A DNA stretch of 64,000 bases from Paramoeba atlantica (Eukaryota > Protista > Discosea). The notes under the pieces were generated by a model. The model was not told the origin of the DNA. It was given only the letters and a program-made list of their open reading frames with translations, and made no database searches. Location: assembly GCA_977017575.1 (NCBI GenBank), contig CDRNVI010000160.1, positions 1 to 64,000 on the forward strand. The letters are read 5' to 3'. Positions 11,809-26,017 of the stretch are shown here, one piece after another (the first letter of the stretch is position 1; every line of letters begins with the position of its first letter). Position numbers and translations under genes: made by a program.

Positions 11809-14800
11809 TTATAGTTCATTACTCTGGCCAAAACAACTTTGTGGAGTAACAGATGTTGTGAACTTAATAGTAGAAGAATCTTTGGTTTTTTTATGAAACA
11901 ACAAACCAGCAAAAAACATTACCAACACTTCAGTTAAAAACAAAACAATAAACAAATAAATTGATGAAGTAAACTCAACTGCCAGAATAATAATATACAA
12001 CAAGCAACGAATTAAAAAGGAAAAGGTAATCAATCCTCCAATAAAATGAATAAATTTTTTCACCTTATTAACATATTGAGTCACAACAAGAAGTTGGTGA
12101 GTGTAATACAAAAATACCAAGACCAAAAAAAAAGTGACTGAAATGATAATGGATTGATAAACAATTGCCAAGGTCCTTGTGTTTTTCTCCAATTCTTCAT
12201 TTGAATCAGGCACACGACCAATACAAGGTGACTTTCCAGAAGTAGTTTCTAAAAAAAAACTAAAATGAAAGAGAGAAAAAAAAAAAAAAGACTTGATAAA
12301 AAAAAAGGAAAAAAAACCTAGAATCACTTCAGAATAAACTACAGTAACAATGATCCACAAACACCACACAAGAAAGACACCAATATAAATGAATATATTC
12401 ATTGAATCATGTACAAAGAAAGAAGATCTTGAAGACAACCTCTCCCAAAACCCAATTGAAACAATCACCAAGGTGAAGAGAAGAAAGGTGGGAATCTCAA
12501 AAACCACAAACTCAGACAAAGGTTCATTTTCAAAAATTCCATTTGGATACATAAACATGAAACAAATCCGAAACACACACAAGATGGCAAACAAAATACT
12601 CATTGGCATGGCAAGATGCAATTTTCTCATTTGAAGATAGCATCTATCTTTCAGTTGAGTTATGAAATAAGAAAGAAAAAGAAAAAGATCAATAATATAA
12701 CACACCCCAAGTGTATACATCAATGCTTTTGTTTGAGTAGAGACATATTGAACATCTGTATCCTTATAATTACTCAAACGGTGAACAGGGTACAAACGAA
12801 TAGCACCATCAGAAGATGCCACATCACTATACACAATGTCAGAGCACCAAAATTCAGCATTTCCAAAATGCACTTGAACAACATTCTCCAGTCCGAGGGG
12901 GTGAATTACTTCATATTTGTGATTTGAAGTTCCAAAATCATGAACAGAGTAGGGGGAACCCACACCAGCATCACTTTTTGATTCATCAGTATCTTCATGA
13001 AGCTCTCTCAAGAGTTTCAGGCACACTTCAAAGGTGTTGAGGTGGGTTGGGGTTGTGAAGGAGATGATGGAACCATCTCCAGCAAGCTCTCCTACTATGG
13101 CTCCTTGTTTATTTTGAACTGTTCCTCTTGACCTGTTTGTTTTTGTTAATTTTTTTATTTGACTTTTGGTTGTTTTTTTTTTACAAACTTGTGGTCTTCA
13201 AAACGGAATGACACTGCCACATCTAAATTCCTTGCATCAAACCATGCTTGATTGACAAGTGAAAGATTGAGAGTTGAACAACCAGAATCCATACTTGATT
13301 CCAAAAAAGTAACACGAGAAGAAGGACCCTGTTGTTCAAGGAATTGATATCAACCAAAAAAAAAATTCAAAAAGAAAGGGGAAAGAAAGAGAGAGAGGAA
13401 GAGTGGAAAGGGGAGAAGAACCTTTACAAAAGAAGGTTCATTGGCACACACAGCAGAAATACCCACCAAATTTTCTCGATTTTCATTTTGATTATAACAA
13501 CCTGCTTGTAATTGTCAACTCAAGAGGGAGAAGAGAGAGAGGAGAGAGGAGAGAGGAGAGAGAGGAGAGGAGAGGGGGGAGAGTGGAGAGTGGAGAGAGA
13601 GAGGAGAGAAAAAGGAGAGAGAGAGGAGAGAGGGGAGAGAGGGGGAGAGAGGGTAAGAGAGAAAAGAAAGAAAAGAAAGAAGGGGTAAAAAAGACAAAAG
13701 AAGAGAAATAAAATTTACCCTCATCAGTTGTTTCATTTGATGAAGAGAGACAATCACACACAAGGGAAGTAAGGGAGTAAGCAACAAAATTTGACTCACA
13801 AATCACCTCTGATCTCAACAAATACAAAAATTGCTCTTCAACAGCTTTGGCAACCCAGTCTTCAAGCAACAAGAATGACAATTGATCTTTCCATACAAAC
13901 TGTTCTGTGGGTTCTGCTGAAACCCAAGTCAAAGGCCTGGGAATACCACCTATCCATTTTCCTAGTGTCCAATCCCATGAAAACTGAGAAACACCACCTA
14001 ATCACACACATACAAATAAAAAGAGGTTCAAAGAGAATGAAGAGGAGAAATTGAAAAATTGAAAGATGAAAAAAAAAACCTCGGCATTCACACTCAGAGG
14101 TGTTTAACCAAAGGAGTTGGTTTTCAGGACCTGGAAGAAGACAACCAAATCGAGTTGTATCAGAGTTTTGACATTCTTGTTGGGTCGTAGCAGGTTCAAC
14201 CCACTCTCGCCACCAAAATGATCCATCTTCCTCAGAAAATGCAAGGCAATCATCCTCTCTCATAATAGAAAAGTCCCTATTTAATTGATTCACAAAAAAT
14301 CATTGTGTTGACAAGAATCAAAAAGAATTTTTTTTTAAAAAAAAAAACCTGCAGCCTATTCCAGGTCTATCCATCTGTTGAATACAAAGGGGAATATCAC
14401 TTGTCTCATCATGAGTTCCTGAAGTGAAACAAGCCCCAGTCTTTTCAAAAAAAAAAAGGGGGGGGGAAGAGAATAAGCAAGAGAGAGAGAGAGAGAGAAA
14501 AAAAAGAAAAGAAAAATCAAAAAAGAAAATAACCTGAATGACAACAGGATAATCAGTTGATCGTACAATTGTAGCCCACTCACGGTCAGAACATGATCCA
14601 GCCCCAAGACACTCCTCCTGTGAATACATAAAAATATTTAATTTCCTCTCTTTTCAATGGACACTTTTCCATTTCTACAGTCGAAACCAAAAAGGGAAAC
14701 AATAAGAAAGACACAAAGATTGAAAGGAAACCTCAGAAGTGCATTCATGCCAATCACTAACATAACACTGGAGGTACCTCTGCACTGACTCATCAGCTCC

Positions 14801-17800
14801 ACAATCCTCCACAGGAATCAAAGGACATTGAGCCCAGTTTGTTGGTATTGTGGTTGTCTCCCCAAACTAACAACAAATTTGTGGATGATTAAATTGAATC
14901 GAATATTTAAAAAAAAAAAAAAAAAAGGAAAAAGAAAAAAGAAGGGAATAGAAAGGGTGCGGTGAAGAAAGACAAGACAAACAAGAGAAAAGTTAACTTG
15001 AATACAATCTTCTTTTGAAATTATTGAAGGAACAACACAAATACTCTTGTCATACCAGAGTGTATCAATACCAAAACTCTTTTTAACATTTTGGCAACCA
15101 GGTTTAGAATTCATGCCTACAATGCATGCTCCCTTCAATCCTGAAAGAGATAAACAACCAGGTCCATTGCAATCAACTGTACAAGAGGTGTCTCTTGCTC
15201 TTCAGGAGAATGAAAGGATGAGAAAATAGTGATCTTTTGAGGAAAAGAAAAGGAGGAGAAAAAAAAAAGGATAAAAAGAAAACCTGCACTCCTCTTCAGT
15301 CAGGCCAAAGAATACCTGACCATCTTCCATCTCACATCCAATCCCTTGGTTGCATGAAACTTCATCAATATTGGGAACTATTGTACAAGGAACAGAAGAG
15401 TCTGCTTCAAGTGGACAATAAACACAATGATTCTCTGTAAAAAGGAAAGAGAGAGTTCAGAGAGAGCGGGAAAAAAAAGGAAAAAAAAAATTGAAAAAAA
15501 AATTTTAAAAAAAATAAAGTCAAATTGAAAACCAGTGCAAGAATCCAAATTCGACACACTACAAACTGGGTCTGGGGTGCAATCTTCCTCTAATGCTAAT
15601 ACAAGAGAGTACCCCGCATTACAAGAGGCATAACATGTTTCATAATTCTATAAAAATAAAAAGAAAAAAAGAAAATCATTCCATTTTAATTAAACAAAAG
15701 AAGGGGGAAAAAGAAAAGAAAAGAAAAGAATGAAAAAAGAAAGGATTGAAAAAAAACCTGGGGACATGATATCCCAAGACAAATTTCAGCAGGACATTTA
15801 ACATTCAGTTCATCCAAATCACCAGGAAGAGTAAGACCCAACACAGTAGCTTTACAATCATTTGTTTCACTATCCCAAACGTACCTTGACCTTTTCTCAA
15901 TGTGAAGAGGATTACCTGGTACAACACAATCCTGCACAGTTGCTGCTGTTTTGAGAGCCTCAAAGAATTCATCTGAATCTCGCTGGGCATTCCTAATTGA
16001 GGAGGAGGGAAGAACTTCACGTCTGAGATAATCTTCAAGAGAGGAGGTCATCTTTTCTATGTAACAGGAGAGATATTCTTCTTCAAGTTGATTGGTTGGA
16101 GGGAGAATGCACTTGTTGGTTGATCGATCACAATTTCCACTCAAAAAGGCACAATCAGTGTCTGCTGAACAATCTGTTCCTCTAAAGGTTTCTGAGGGAT
16201 AAATTTTTGAATCAAGAAAAATAATATTTCAGAAAGACCAAGAAAAAAATGAAAAAGAGAGAGAGAGAGAGAGAGAGAGAAAAGAAGAACAAACCAGTTA
16301 TTCCAACCTCATTGAGGCAATCCCTCACAACTCTCTGAAGTTGAGCATCAACAAGGACAGCAAGAGCACCCTCTGGGTCCTGTTTTGTAAACACCCATAT
16401 TTAGAAACTGGTTTTTTCAAACTCATGCAGCATCAAAAATACTGAAACACATTAAAAACAAAAAAAAGAAAAAGAAAAAAGAAAAGAAAAAAAACAAAAA
16501 AAACAAAAAAAAAGAAAACAAACATTAATTCCAGAGGAACAACCCTGGATGGGATCATTCAATTGATTCAAAGCTGTGGTGAAGTCATTATAGAAGGAAG
16601 CAGCACACTCTGGTACTCCACACTCTTCTTCAAGTTGTTCAGCAAGAGGTGCGTCAAATTCATTTTCAGTTACAACAATCGAAAATGGAAAGCAACAATT
16701 CACAGGCTGTCAGTTTTTTTGAGGGAGAGGGAGAGAGGGGGAGAGGAGAGGTGGAAAGATGGAGAGAGAAAAAAAAAAGAAAAAAAAGAGAAAAAAAAAG
16801 AAAAGAAAAGAAAAAAAAGAGAGACACTCAGTTGGGGATTACAACAAGGCTCATTGTTCCAAAGAATGGGGTCAGAATCTTGATCATATTGGCAGAAGGT
16901 TTGATCAACTCGATTAACCTTTGTGACCACACTTTCAAGTTGGTGTGTTGCTATTTTTTTTTGTGGTCAATCAAGTGAGGAAAAGAGGGAAAAGAAAGTG
17001 AAGAAATAATAAGAAGGAAGACAACAAACCAGCAACAAGACAAGAACTGCTGGCTGTTGCTGCATTGTAGACATCCAAAGCATACTGAAAACTTTTCATG
17101 AGATTGAAATTCAACAAAGAATAAAGATAGATGGGGATTGTGGGGAGAGAGGAGAGAGAGAGAGAGAGAAAGGATGCGAGAGAGGAGAGAGAGAGAGAAA
17201 GGATATGAGAGAAAAAGAAAGGACAAACATTAATAGAGGAAATGCTTTCTTCAGTAGCAGAGATTTGAGAAGAGATAAGCTCTTGAAGAATGGAATATTT
17301 CTCATTCTCACAAAGAGCAACAAGGTTGATTTCTTCAAAGGATGAAAGAGGAATGTGGGGCAAGAATTTGCTAACACTCTTTTTTACTGAAGAATCAAAC
17401 CCACCATTTTCCAGGAGGACAACTTCTCCAGCTTGATTTGTTACAGACATGATTGCAATGGAACCCTACACACAGTAAAAAAATTGGAAAGGAAATGAAG
17501 AGGGGGTTATTAGATCAAACAGTGGTGCTGTTTGCTTTACTTGCTTGTTGGCTGTCTGTTTTGACAACAAAAAAAAAAAAGACACAATAAAAAAAAAGGG
17601 AGGAGGGAGAGAAACCTGAGAAAAGAGGGTGTTTGCAGAATAAGGAATAGAACTTTGAACTCGAGTCAACACAACAACATAAAGAGTGGAAGCTTGAGGA
17701 GAAGCAAGAGTTGAATTTTGATAACTTCCAAACAAATTCAAAGGAATATTAAAAAGTGGAATTTCAGATGGAGGGGGAAAGAACACAAGGGGATCAGTGG

Positions 17801-19994
17801 AGGGAGCTGTCACCCACTCAAAACACCCAGACAAGAAATCAACACATGGAGCCTGTGTTTTTTTTATTTCAATGGTAGAAAAAAGAAAAAAAATGAGGTG
17901 CTTTTTTTCTCAAAGTGGCATTGGAGAGTACATCAAGATCAAATATATTTACAAAAAAGAGAAACAAACTTGAGCAGTCCCAAAAACAACTGCAGATGCT
18001 GATGTCAATGCTTCCTGGTAGGCCAGTGACGTGGCAATTTCTGATTGCAATGGCACTCTCCAAGGCTGTGTTATTGGGGGGATGAACAAAAAAATTGAGA
18101 GAAAGAGAAAAAAGAAAAAGGAAAAAAAAAGAAAAAAGGAAAAACCAAAGACACAGTCGAAAATATCATGTGAACCAAAGAAGGAATGAGGGGAACAACA
18201 GAGCAATGGACAATAGTTTGCTCATCAAAGCAAGCAGAGAAGGATAAACGATTTTCTCCTTTTGTTGTTCTCCCAATCAATGAATTTCTTCGTTCTAAAA
18301 ACAAAAGAACACAAATGTTAAAAAAAAAAAAATTGTTTGTTATAATTTCACACACACAATTTCCTTTAGAAGAAGAAGAAGAGAAAAGTAAAAAAGAAGA
18401 AAACAAGAAAAAAGGTGCATTCACCTGTCAATGCATCAGGGTCACGAGGAAGGCAAAACAAGTCCAGATCGCCCACTGAATCACCCAATGTTGCAGACAC
18501 AGAGATGGTATGACAACCAGAAGGGATTGGCAGCACCAAGTCAACAACTTGATTTCTTTGAAAGGAGAGAAAGAGAAGAGAGAAGAGAGAAGAGAGATAG
18601 AAGGAAGAGAGAAGGAAGAGAGAAGAGGTGTGAGAGAGAGCTCTCCATCATTCCTAAGTTCTCAAAACCACAAAAAAAAAAAAAGAAAACAAACATAACA
18701 CTCTCATCGAAGGTGTGAGAGACTGTAAAGCCATCCTCGAGACAGAACGAGAGTGGGGTGTTGGCTTCATTTTCTGGGACCACTGCACAGGGCACTCGAA
18801 TGGATGGTGGGAGTAATGGGTGTGTCTATCAAGAAAGAAAAAGGGGAAAATCAGAATCAGAAAATTATTTTTAACAAGGGAAAAGAAAAAAAAAATAGAA
18901 TAATTTAACAAAACACCTGAGTAGAGGCAATCACTTCCACAATGAATGAGGTAGCCAATGCAGCTTGCACTGCAATTGAATAGGTCCCAAGAAGGTAATT
19001 TGTGTGGGCAACAGGACAAATTGTGATGATGTTTTGTCCCAAACCATCAGAAATTGGGATACTCCCTTTTTTCCACTCTGATTGTTCAGTATCTTGAAAA
19101 AAAAAAAAAAAAAGAGAGAGCAAAGCTGAAGTCAGTGACCCAAACACACAAAAAAGAAAAGAAAAGAAAAAAGAAAACACACACAATAAAGAAAAAAAAT
19201 CAAAACCAGGAAAGGCATGCTGATTGGACACCCTCACAATCGGAACACCATAAAATGGTCGTATGATAACTTTAATTGCACGACAGTTATATTGTGGTCC
19301 CAGGAAAAACCGAAAGAATCCTGTTTCTCCTGTTCCCAGTGTTGTTGTTCTGTTTTTTTTGTTGTTGTTAGAAAAAAAATTCTGTTCGGCAAAAGTAAGA
19401 AGAGGAATGAAAACATAGAAGCTTGTCCAATTTGAAGAGAGGTGTAATTCATGGGAAAAGAACACCACTCCCCGACTTTGTCAAACACATCACCACCAAT
19501 CTCTGCAGGGCCACAGCAAGAAGGATTTCCACAATCTTCAGGCTGGAAAAAAAAAAAATTCTTCAAAAAAAAAACCACAGAAAAAAAAACGTGAAAGAAA
19601 AGGAAAAATGAAAAAATTTCAAAAAAAAAATACAAACTGTTTGTGAAGACCAATCACAAGGTTCACACTCCTTCGGCAAACATGATTTTTCAGCTCTTCC
19701 ACAAAGAAAAGGGTCTTAGGGTAAAGCATGAATAAGGAAGAGAGCCAAATCAGAACCAACATAAGCTGACCTCAAAAAAGCAGAAAGAGAAAAAGAGAGA
19801 CCTGCTGCTACAAACAATTCTTCATCAAATTCCATCTTCATCACCGAAAAATCAAACTCAGTATTTAAAACGGAAGTTGAGCTCGTCCAAAAATGACTCT
19901 CACGGAGTTGAGGTCTCGCGACCCCTCCTCTCCACCACCCACACAACAGAATCATCAACATCAACCACCACCAATTATTCCGAAGTCGTCCCAT
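11809..19994 (-). CDS. Large multi-exon membrane protein: signal peptide, long Cys-rich ectodomain, C-terminal THH1/TOM1/TOM3-like 7TM domain
   Basis: ATG at 19994 (MGRLRNNWWWLMLMILLCGWW..., signal peptide), many Cys-rich exons between pyrimidine-rich introns, and terminal exons with about seven hydrophobic helices (CVFRICF, VVFEIPTFLLF, SFLIRC) typical of TOM1-like 7TM proteins; TAA at 11809. Confidence 0.72.
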
Positions 19995-20311
19995 GATATC
20001 CACTCCTCCACAAAACACAAGAGAGGAAAAATCAGAAGAGAGAGAAGAGAGACACAAAGACTAAAAACAGAAAACAACAATTAGGAAAAAAACAAAAAGA
20101 TGACAATAAAACGAAGCGAGCGGGATCAAGCTCCGACCTCCACCAGAATTTACTATCAGGCAATCCATTCCAGACAATTTTTTTCCCCGAAAAACCATAA
20201 TGGCCAATAATTGTCCTCTCGTGTTTGTTGGTTTGGTTGTTTGTTGTTGTTCTCTTGCTTTATTATTCATCTTACACTTTATCGCTCTCTGTTTCTCCTT
20301 TTTTTTGTCTG

Positions 20312-23300
20312 ATGATGAGGATTTGGGGACTGCTGGGAGGGAGAAGTTTTATCTTCTTTTTGTTGTTGTTGTTCGTGGATCTTTCTGCACAACAACTTCT
20401 CCCTCAATTTTTGGTTCTTGGTTTGAATCCAACAACACGACCTAATGGTGATGTTGAATTTGTTGGTTTGTACACGCTTTGTTTTTTGAATATAGACAAA
20501 AAAAAGGGACAATAATCTTTCTCTTTTCTCTCTTTTCTCTCTCTTTCTCTCTCTTTCTCTCCTCTCTTGATTTTCTTTCTTTCTTTCTTTCTTTCCTCCA
20601 CAATACAAAACACAAAACACAAAACACAAAACACAAAAATAGGAAGAACACGACTTCTAGGGTTTCTTGCAGGTGTTGCAGACATCAACGCTGACCCCTC
20701 CTTCCCTTTCATCTTGGAAGACGAAAACTTTGACAACCAAAGAGACATTGAGGTCACGGTCGCAGGTGCACTCGCACGAGTGAACAGAACCATTGGGTTT
20801 TGTGGACCACAACGATCATCGGTCACCCTTCAACTGCACCCTCGAGTGGCTCTTCCTTTCAGGATACCAATTGTTTCTCCAGCATCGACATCTCTTACGT
20901 TGTCACCTGCTGATGATTACCCTTATTTTTTGAGAGCTTTTCCTTCCAGTGCTGTTGTTGCCGCTGCGATTGCATCGCTGATTGAGGTTCACTCAGAAGT
21001 TGGGGAAACTGTCTCGCTCTTGACCCGAACGTTCGTTTCTTTTTTTTCTTTTTTTTTTAGAGTCTCTTTAAACTTCTTCAAAATTTATTTTTTTCTCTCT
21101 GAGTTCTGTGTTTTCTTCTCTTCTCTTCTCTCCTCTCCTCTTCTCTTCTCTGTTTTCTTCTCTTCTCACCACAATAAGCAGCCCTGATGCCGCAGCAGAA
21201 GATTATCGAAGATCACTTCTGAAATTTGCAGAAGAAAGTTCAGTCTGGTCCATCACACAAGACATCCAATTTGACATCGCACTCAGCGATGCTGAGCTTA
21301 ATGGGATACTTGACCAACTCATTTCTGTTGGCAATCGAGTGTTCATCGTAATCTGTCTGGATGCAGGGGTTACTGCTCGCTATTTCAAATTTGGGTATCA
21401 GAAAGGGATTGCTGGGATCGCTGGTTATCAGTGGATTTTCGATTCAGTGGCAGCCGGAGACTCTTCTTTTGTTGTTGGAGGTTTGAGTTCCTTTTTTTAA
21501 GTCTCCCCCCCCCCCTACATCCTTTCTCTCTTTCTCTTCTCACCAGAACAACACAACACAACACAACACAACACAACACAGGTGTTCGCGATCCTGAAGC
21601 TGTTCTTGGATGGGAGGGAGGTGTTTCTGTGACTCCTTCTGATGGACAGGTTTTTTCAAGAAATGCTTTTTTCCTGGATTATTCTTTTTTGGTTGTTTTT
21701 TTGTTGTTGTTCTTCTTCTTTCTCCCCATGGTGAAATGTTTCTTTTTGTTTTTTGAGGAATGTGCTGCTAAAAGAAAGTGAGAATAGGGAGAGATCTATG
21801 ACCAGTTTCGGGCCAGTTACGAACGAGAGAGACAACTCCAGGTTTTTGAAGATATTTTTTTTTTTGCAATATCTCTTTTGGTGCCACCAATGATTTACTT
21901 CTTTTTGAAAAAACACAACTTCTCACCACAAAGTTTATAACAGGAAGAGATTGAGACTTTTTTGGAGGTTCCTGATCCGAAAGCAGCCTTTACTTATGAT
22001 ATTGTGTTTATGTACGCTCACGCAATCAGACAAATGTTGATGGAAGGGAAAGACCCTGCAGATGGCACTCTCATCGATTATCTTCGAGAAGTTATTTTTT
22101 TTTCTCTCTCTCTCTTTCTCTCTCTTTCTTAAGTTGTGTGCCATGTTATGTTCGACACAATGCAAGCCAATTTTTTGACTGATTTTTTTCAGGTTTCTTT
22201 TCCTGGTGCAACAGGAACCCTCGCATTTAATCCAGGATTTAATGATCGAGGTTTTTGAACAATTTTATGCGAAATCTTCCTTCCTTTTTTTTTTCTTTCT
22301 GCACACCCGCACTGACTTGCACATTGCACAGCTGGAATCGTCCCAATTGAAGTAATTCTGAGTGTTCAAGGTGAAAGATTTCTCAGAGGTTCTATTTCAG
22401 GACCTGAAGTTGAATCAAACTTTATTTGGAAAGGACAGTCAGTTTATCATATTGGCTCTTTGTTGTCTTTATCTAATACTGCAGGTTATTTCTTTCTTCT
22501 TCCTTCTTCTTCTCTCTTCCTTCTCTTTTATCAAGCATTTTCCTTCCTTCTCTTTTTTCCTTCTCCACACACACGCATACAGGAAGATCCAGGTGGTTGG
22601 CCCTCCAAGCTTGCATCAATGACCACAACAACGACAACTGGGCAGTGGTTGGGACATTCCGCTTATCCCTCGTAAATGAAGACACAAATAACGACCCAGA
22701 CACTGCAGTAGCAGGAGCACAATCTCTTCTCCAATCTCCCAAAGTTGGGTTTATAGGGACAGAAACCCCTGAAGTCACAAAAGCAGTTCACAACAGAGTT
22801 GCAGCACCAAACAAAATTCCACTTCTCTCAGGTGTCACGTCAGCAATGGAATTTCAATCCACAAAGAATTATCCCTACTTTCTCCGAACATATCCCTCCG
22901 CTTTCTTTGTGGCATCTGGGGTTGTCACTCTCCTCAACAACAATGCTGGAGATGGGTTGGTCGCTATGCTCTATCGTGAGGACAATCCCCTGTCTGTCGC
23001 TCTACACGACACCTTCATTTCACTCTCATCAGAGGCTGATTGGGTGGTTGATGCGCAGTATGGAGTGGCTATGGACCACACTAATTTTGAGGACATTCTT
23101 CTTGATATCCAGAAGAGAACAATCAAGATTGTTGTTGTGTTTTTGATGGAACCTGAGTCTGTTGCTCATTTGTTTTCACAAGCTTTTGAGGTGGAAATGG
23201 CTGGTGATGGTTCTGGATATCAATGGATTGTTGATGATGTCTCTGTGAATTTGGATTCTTATCGGGTGACTAATATTTATTTCTATTTTTTTTTCCTTTT

Positions 23301-25764
23301 TTTTTCTTTTTAAATTTATTCCTCTTAGATTAATGGTGCGATCAGCAGCTCAGCAGTACAAGGGTGGAGAAGTGGTGTTGGGTTTTTGGCAAGCAGGTAA
23401 AAATATTGATTGGAAGAGGGAGCCCAGAGAGAGATGGAGGATATATTTTTTTTGATTTGTTGTATTCCTTTTTTTACAAATAGTGTCGAAGGTCCTATTA
23501 CCAATCGCTTTCTGAGGAGTTATGATAGGGAGCTTGAAGCTCAGGTTTTGTTTCATTGAGAAAAGAGGGGGAGAAGGAGGGAAGAGAGGAGAGGAGAGGA
23601 GAGAGGGAGGAGTGAAGGGGAGAAAGGAAAGAGAAAGAGAAGGTGGAGTTAGAGGGAAGGAATAATAATTGAATCAATTTTCACAAAAACCTGTTTTTAG
23701 GAGGATCCCTCCCTTTTCCCAGAGATTCCAGACAACACAGCAGCCTTTCACTATGACATGTGTGGAATTTATGTGAACGCTCTTTCTGAAGTGATCAAAG
23801 AAGGAGGAGATGTTTTTGATGGTGACCTTTTGATGTCGAAACTGAGGCTTGTCATAGATACAGAAGGTGCATCTGGGAGGATCAGTTTTGATCAAAATGA
23901 TCGAGCAGGAACTTTTAGTTATCAACTCCTCCAAGGGAATGGTTTTGGTTCTTTTCAGCCAGTGGGTGTTTGGGATGGGGAGACATTGAGAGAGGAGGGT
24001 TTTTTGTGGGCTGCTGTAAATCAACAATTCTTCACACTTGGCTCCCTTCTTTCTGAAGGAACTGTGACAGGTTTTTCCTTCTTCTTTGTTTGGGAAGGGA
24101 GGATTCAAAAGAAAGAAAGAAAGAAAGAAAGAAAGAAGACAAATCAAGATCTCAATGAATCCCATTCTTCTCTGACCCACTTTCTCTCTCTCTCCCATCC
24201 CATTCCAGGTCGCTCAGCACTTCTCTCCATCAGAGCAGCGATCAATGACATCAACAAGGACAGCCCTGTAGCATTCTCCCTCCTGCAGAGAGATACACAC
24301 AACAAAACTGACTCAGAAATCATTCATTCAGCACTTGAACTGGTGGAAGAACAAGGAGTGATTGGACTTCTTGGAGTAGAGAGCTCCTCTCTGGCAATAG
24401 CGATTCACACTGAAGCTGGGGAAGTGCACAGTGTGCCACTTTTCTCTGCTGCAGCAGTGGCAGCTTCAATAAGAAGTTCCACCGATTTTCCGTTTTTTTT
24501 GAGGGATTATCCTTCCACCTCCCCTGAGTCAATGGCCATAGCTGCTCTGTTGGAGAAATACGTCTCCAAGGAGAATGTTTGTGTTTTGTATCGACCTGAT
24601 GAATTGGATTCAGTTAGTTTGAAGAAGTTGGTGGAGGCGAAGAGTGCAGGGTCCAAATGGGAGATTAAGAGTGAAATTTCTATGAGCTCACAGAATCAGG
24701 ACGATTTTACCAGTGTTTTCAATATGATTCAAGAGAATGATTGTAAAGTTGTTTTGTCTTTTCTTTTTGATGATGAAATGACTTGGAAGATTCTTGGCCA
24801 TGCATATTCTTCTAATTTGGCTGGGAGTGGTTCTCTTATTCAGTGGGTTGTTGATAATGCTGCTTTTTCATCTGCTTTGATTCAGGTGAGAAAGTGAAAG
24901 ATGAGAGAGAGAGAGAGATGAGATAATAAGAGGAGAAGAGAAGAAAAGGAGAGAAGAAAAGGATTTTTTTATTTATTATTAGAAGAGATGGAGATGATAA
25001 GAGAGAGAGAGGAGAGAGGAGAGATTTAAATACTAACTTGAAATTGAGGGGAGCAAAGCTGAAAGATCTGGATGGGAAGGTGCTTCAGGTTTCATTGCAA
25101 ACCGGTAAGTCTGAATCTCTCTTTTTCTCCCTCCTCTCCTCTCTCCTCTCTCTCCTCTCTCTCCTCTCTCTCCTCTCTCGCCTCTCTCTCCCTTTCTTTG
25201 ATTTGAAAAAAAAAATTACAGGGGAAAAGGGGAAGAAAACGACCAATTCCTTTTAAGTTATGCTCGTGAAAGATCTGACCAGGTTTTTTTAAAAAAATCG
25301 CTCTGTCCTCAAACAAATACATCTTTTACATTTTTAACCTCATGTTGTGTTGCTTCCGTTTTCAGAACCCAGATCTCTACCCAGAGGTCCCAGAGCCAAA
25401 AGCATCATACCACTATGATTTAGTGTATGTTTATCTCAGTGCTGTGAAGGCAGTCCTTGATGCTGGTGGAGATCCTCATGATGGTGTGGTTCTCATGTCT
25501 GCGATGAGGGAAGTCAATCTACTCAAAGGTGCGACTGGTGAACTCTCTTTTGACGAAAATGATCGAGCGCAGGATGTTTTTCTGGACTTTGTTGGCGGAA
25601 AACCAAATGGAGAATACCAATTGCAAGGGAACTACTCACAAACTACTGATTTCTCAGAAAATGGTGTCTTTAGATGGCCGGGTACGACCTCATCTTCAGC
25701 TTTTCGTGGACCACCCCTCCTCATTGTCGCCTCACTTTTTTTGACATATTTATTTTATTTTTAA
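20312..25764 (+). CDS. Protein of three tandem Venus-flytrap (ANF-receptor/PBP type I) domains with a C-terminal GPI-type hydrophobic tail
   Basis: Signal peptide MMRIWGLLGGRSFIFFLLLLFVDLSA. Three modules carry the ANF motifs YPYFLRAFPS, YPYFLRTYPS and FPFFLRDYPS, and GATGTLAF, GASGRISFD and GATGELSFD. The protein ends ...TTSSSAFRGPPLLIVASLFLTYLFYF* with no 7TM. Confidence 0.85.
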
Positions 25765-26017
25765 CTCTTTTTTTTTTTGCTCATAACTTTCTCTTCGAAA
25801 ATAGTTCTTTTTTTTTGAGACCACAAATAAGAAAAAAAAAAATCAGTTTGAAGAAAGTATTTCTTTCTCCATTCTTTCTCCATTCTCAATCCTCACAAAA
25901 ACACCTTGTTCAGACATTTTGAACAAAGCAAAGAAAAAACCAAAGGAGGTGGAAGAAATTTATCAAATTATGAAAGAAAATGATGGAAAAATCACCCAAA
26001 TAATTGAATAAAATTAT

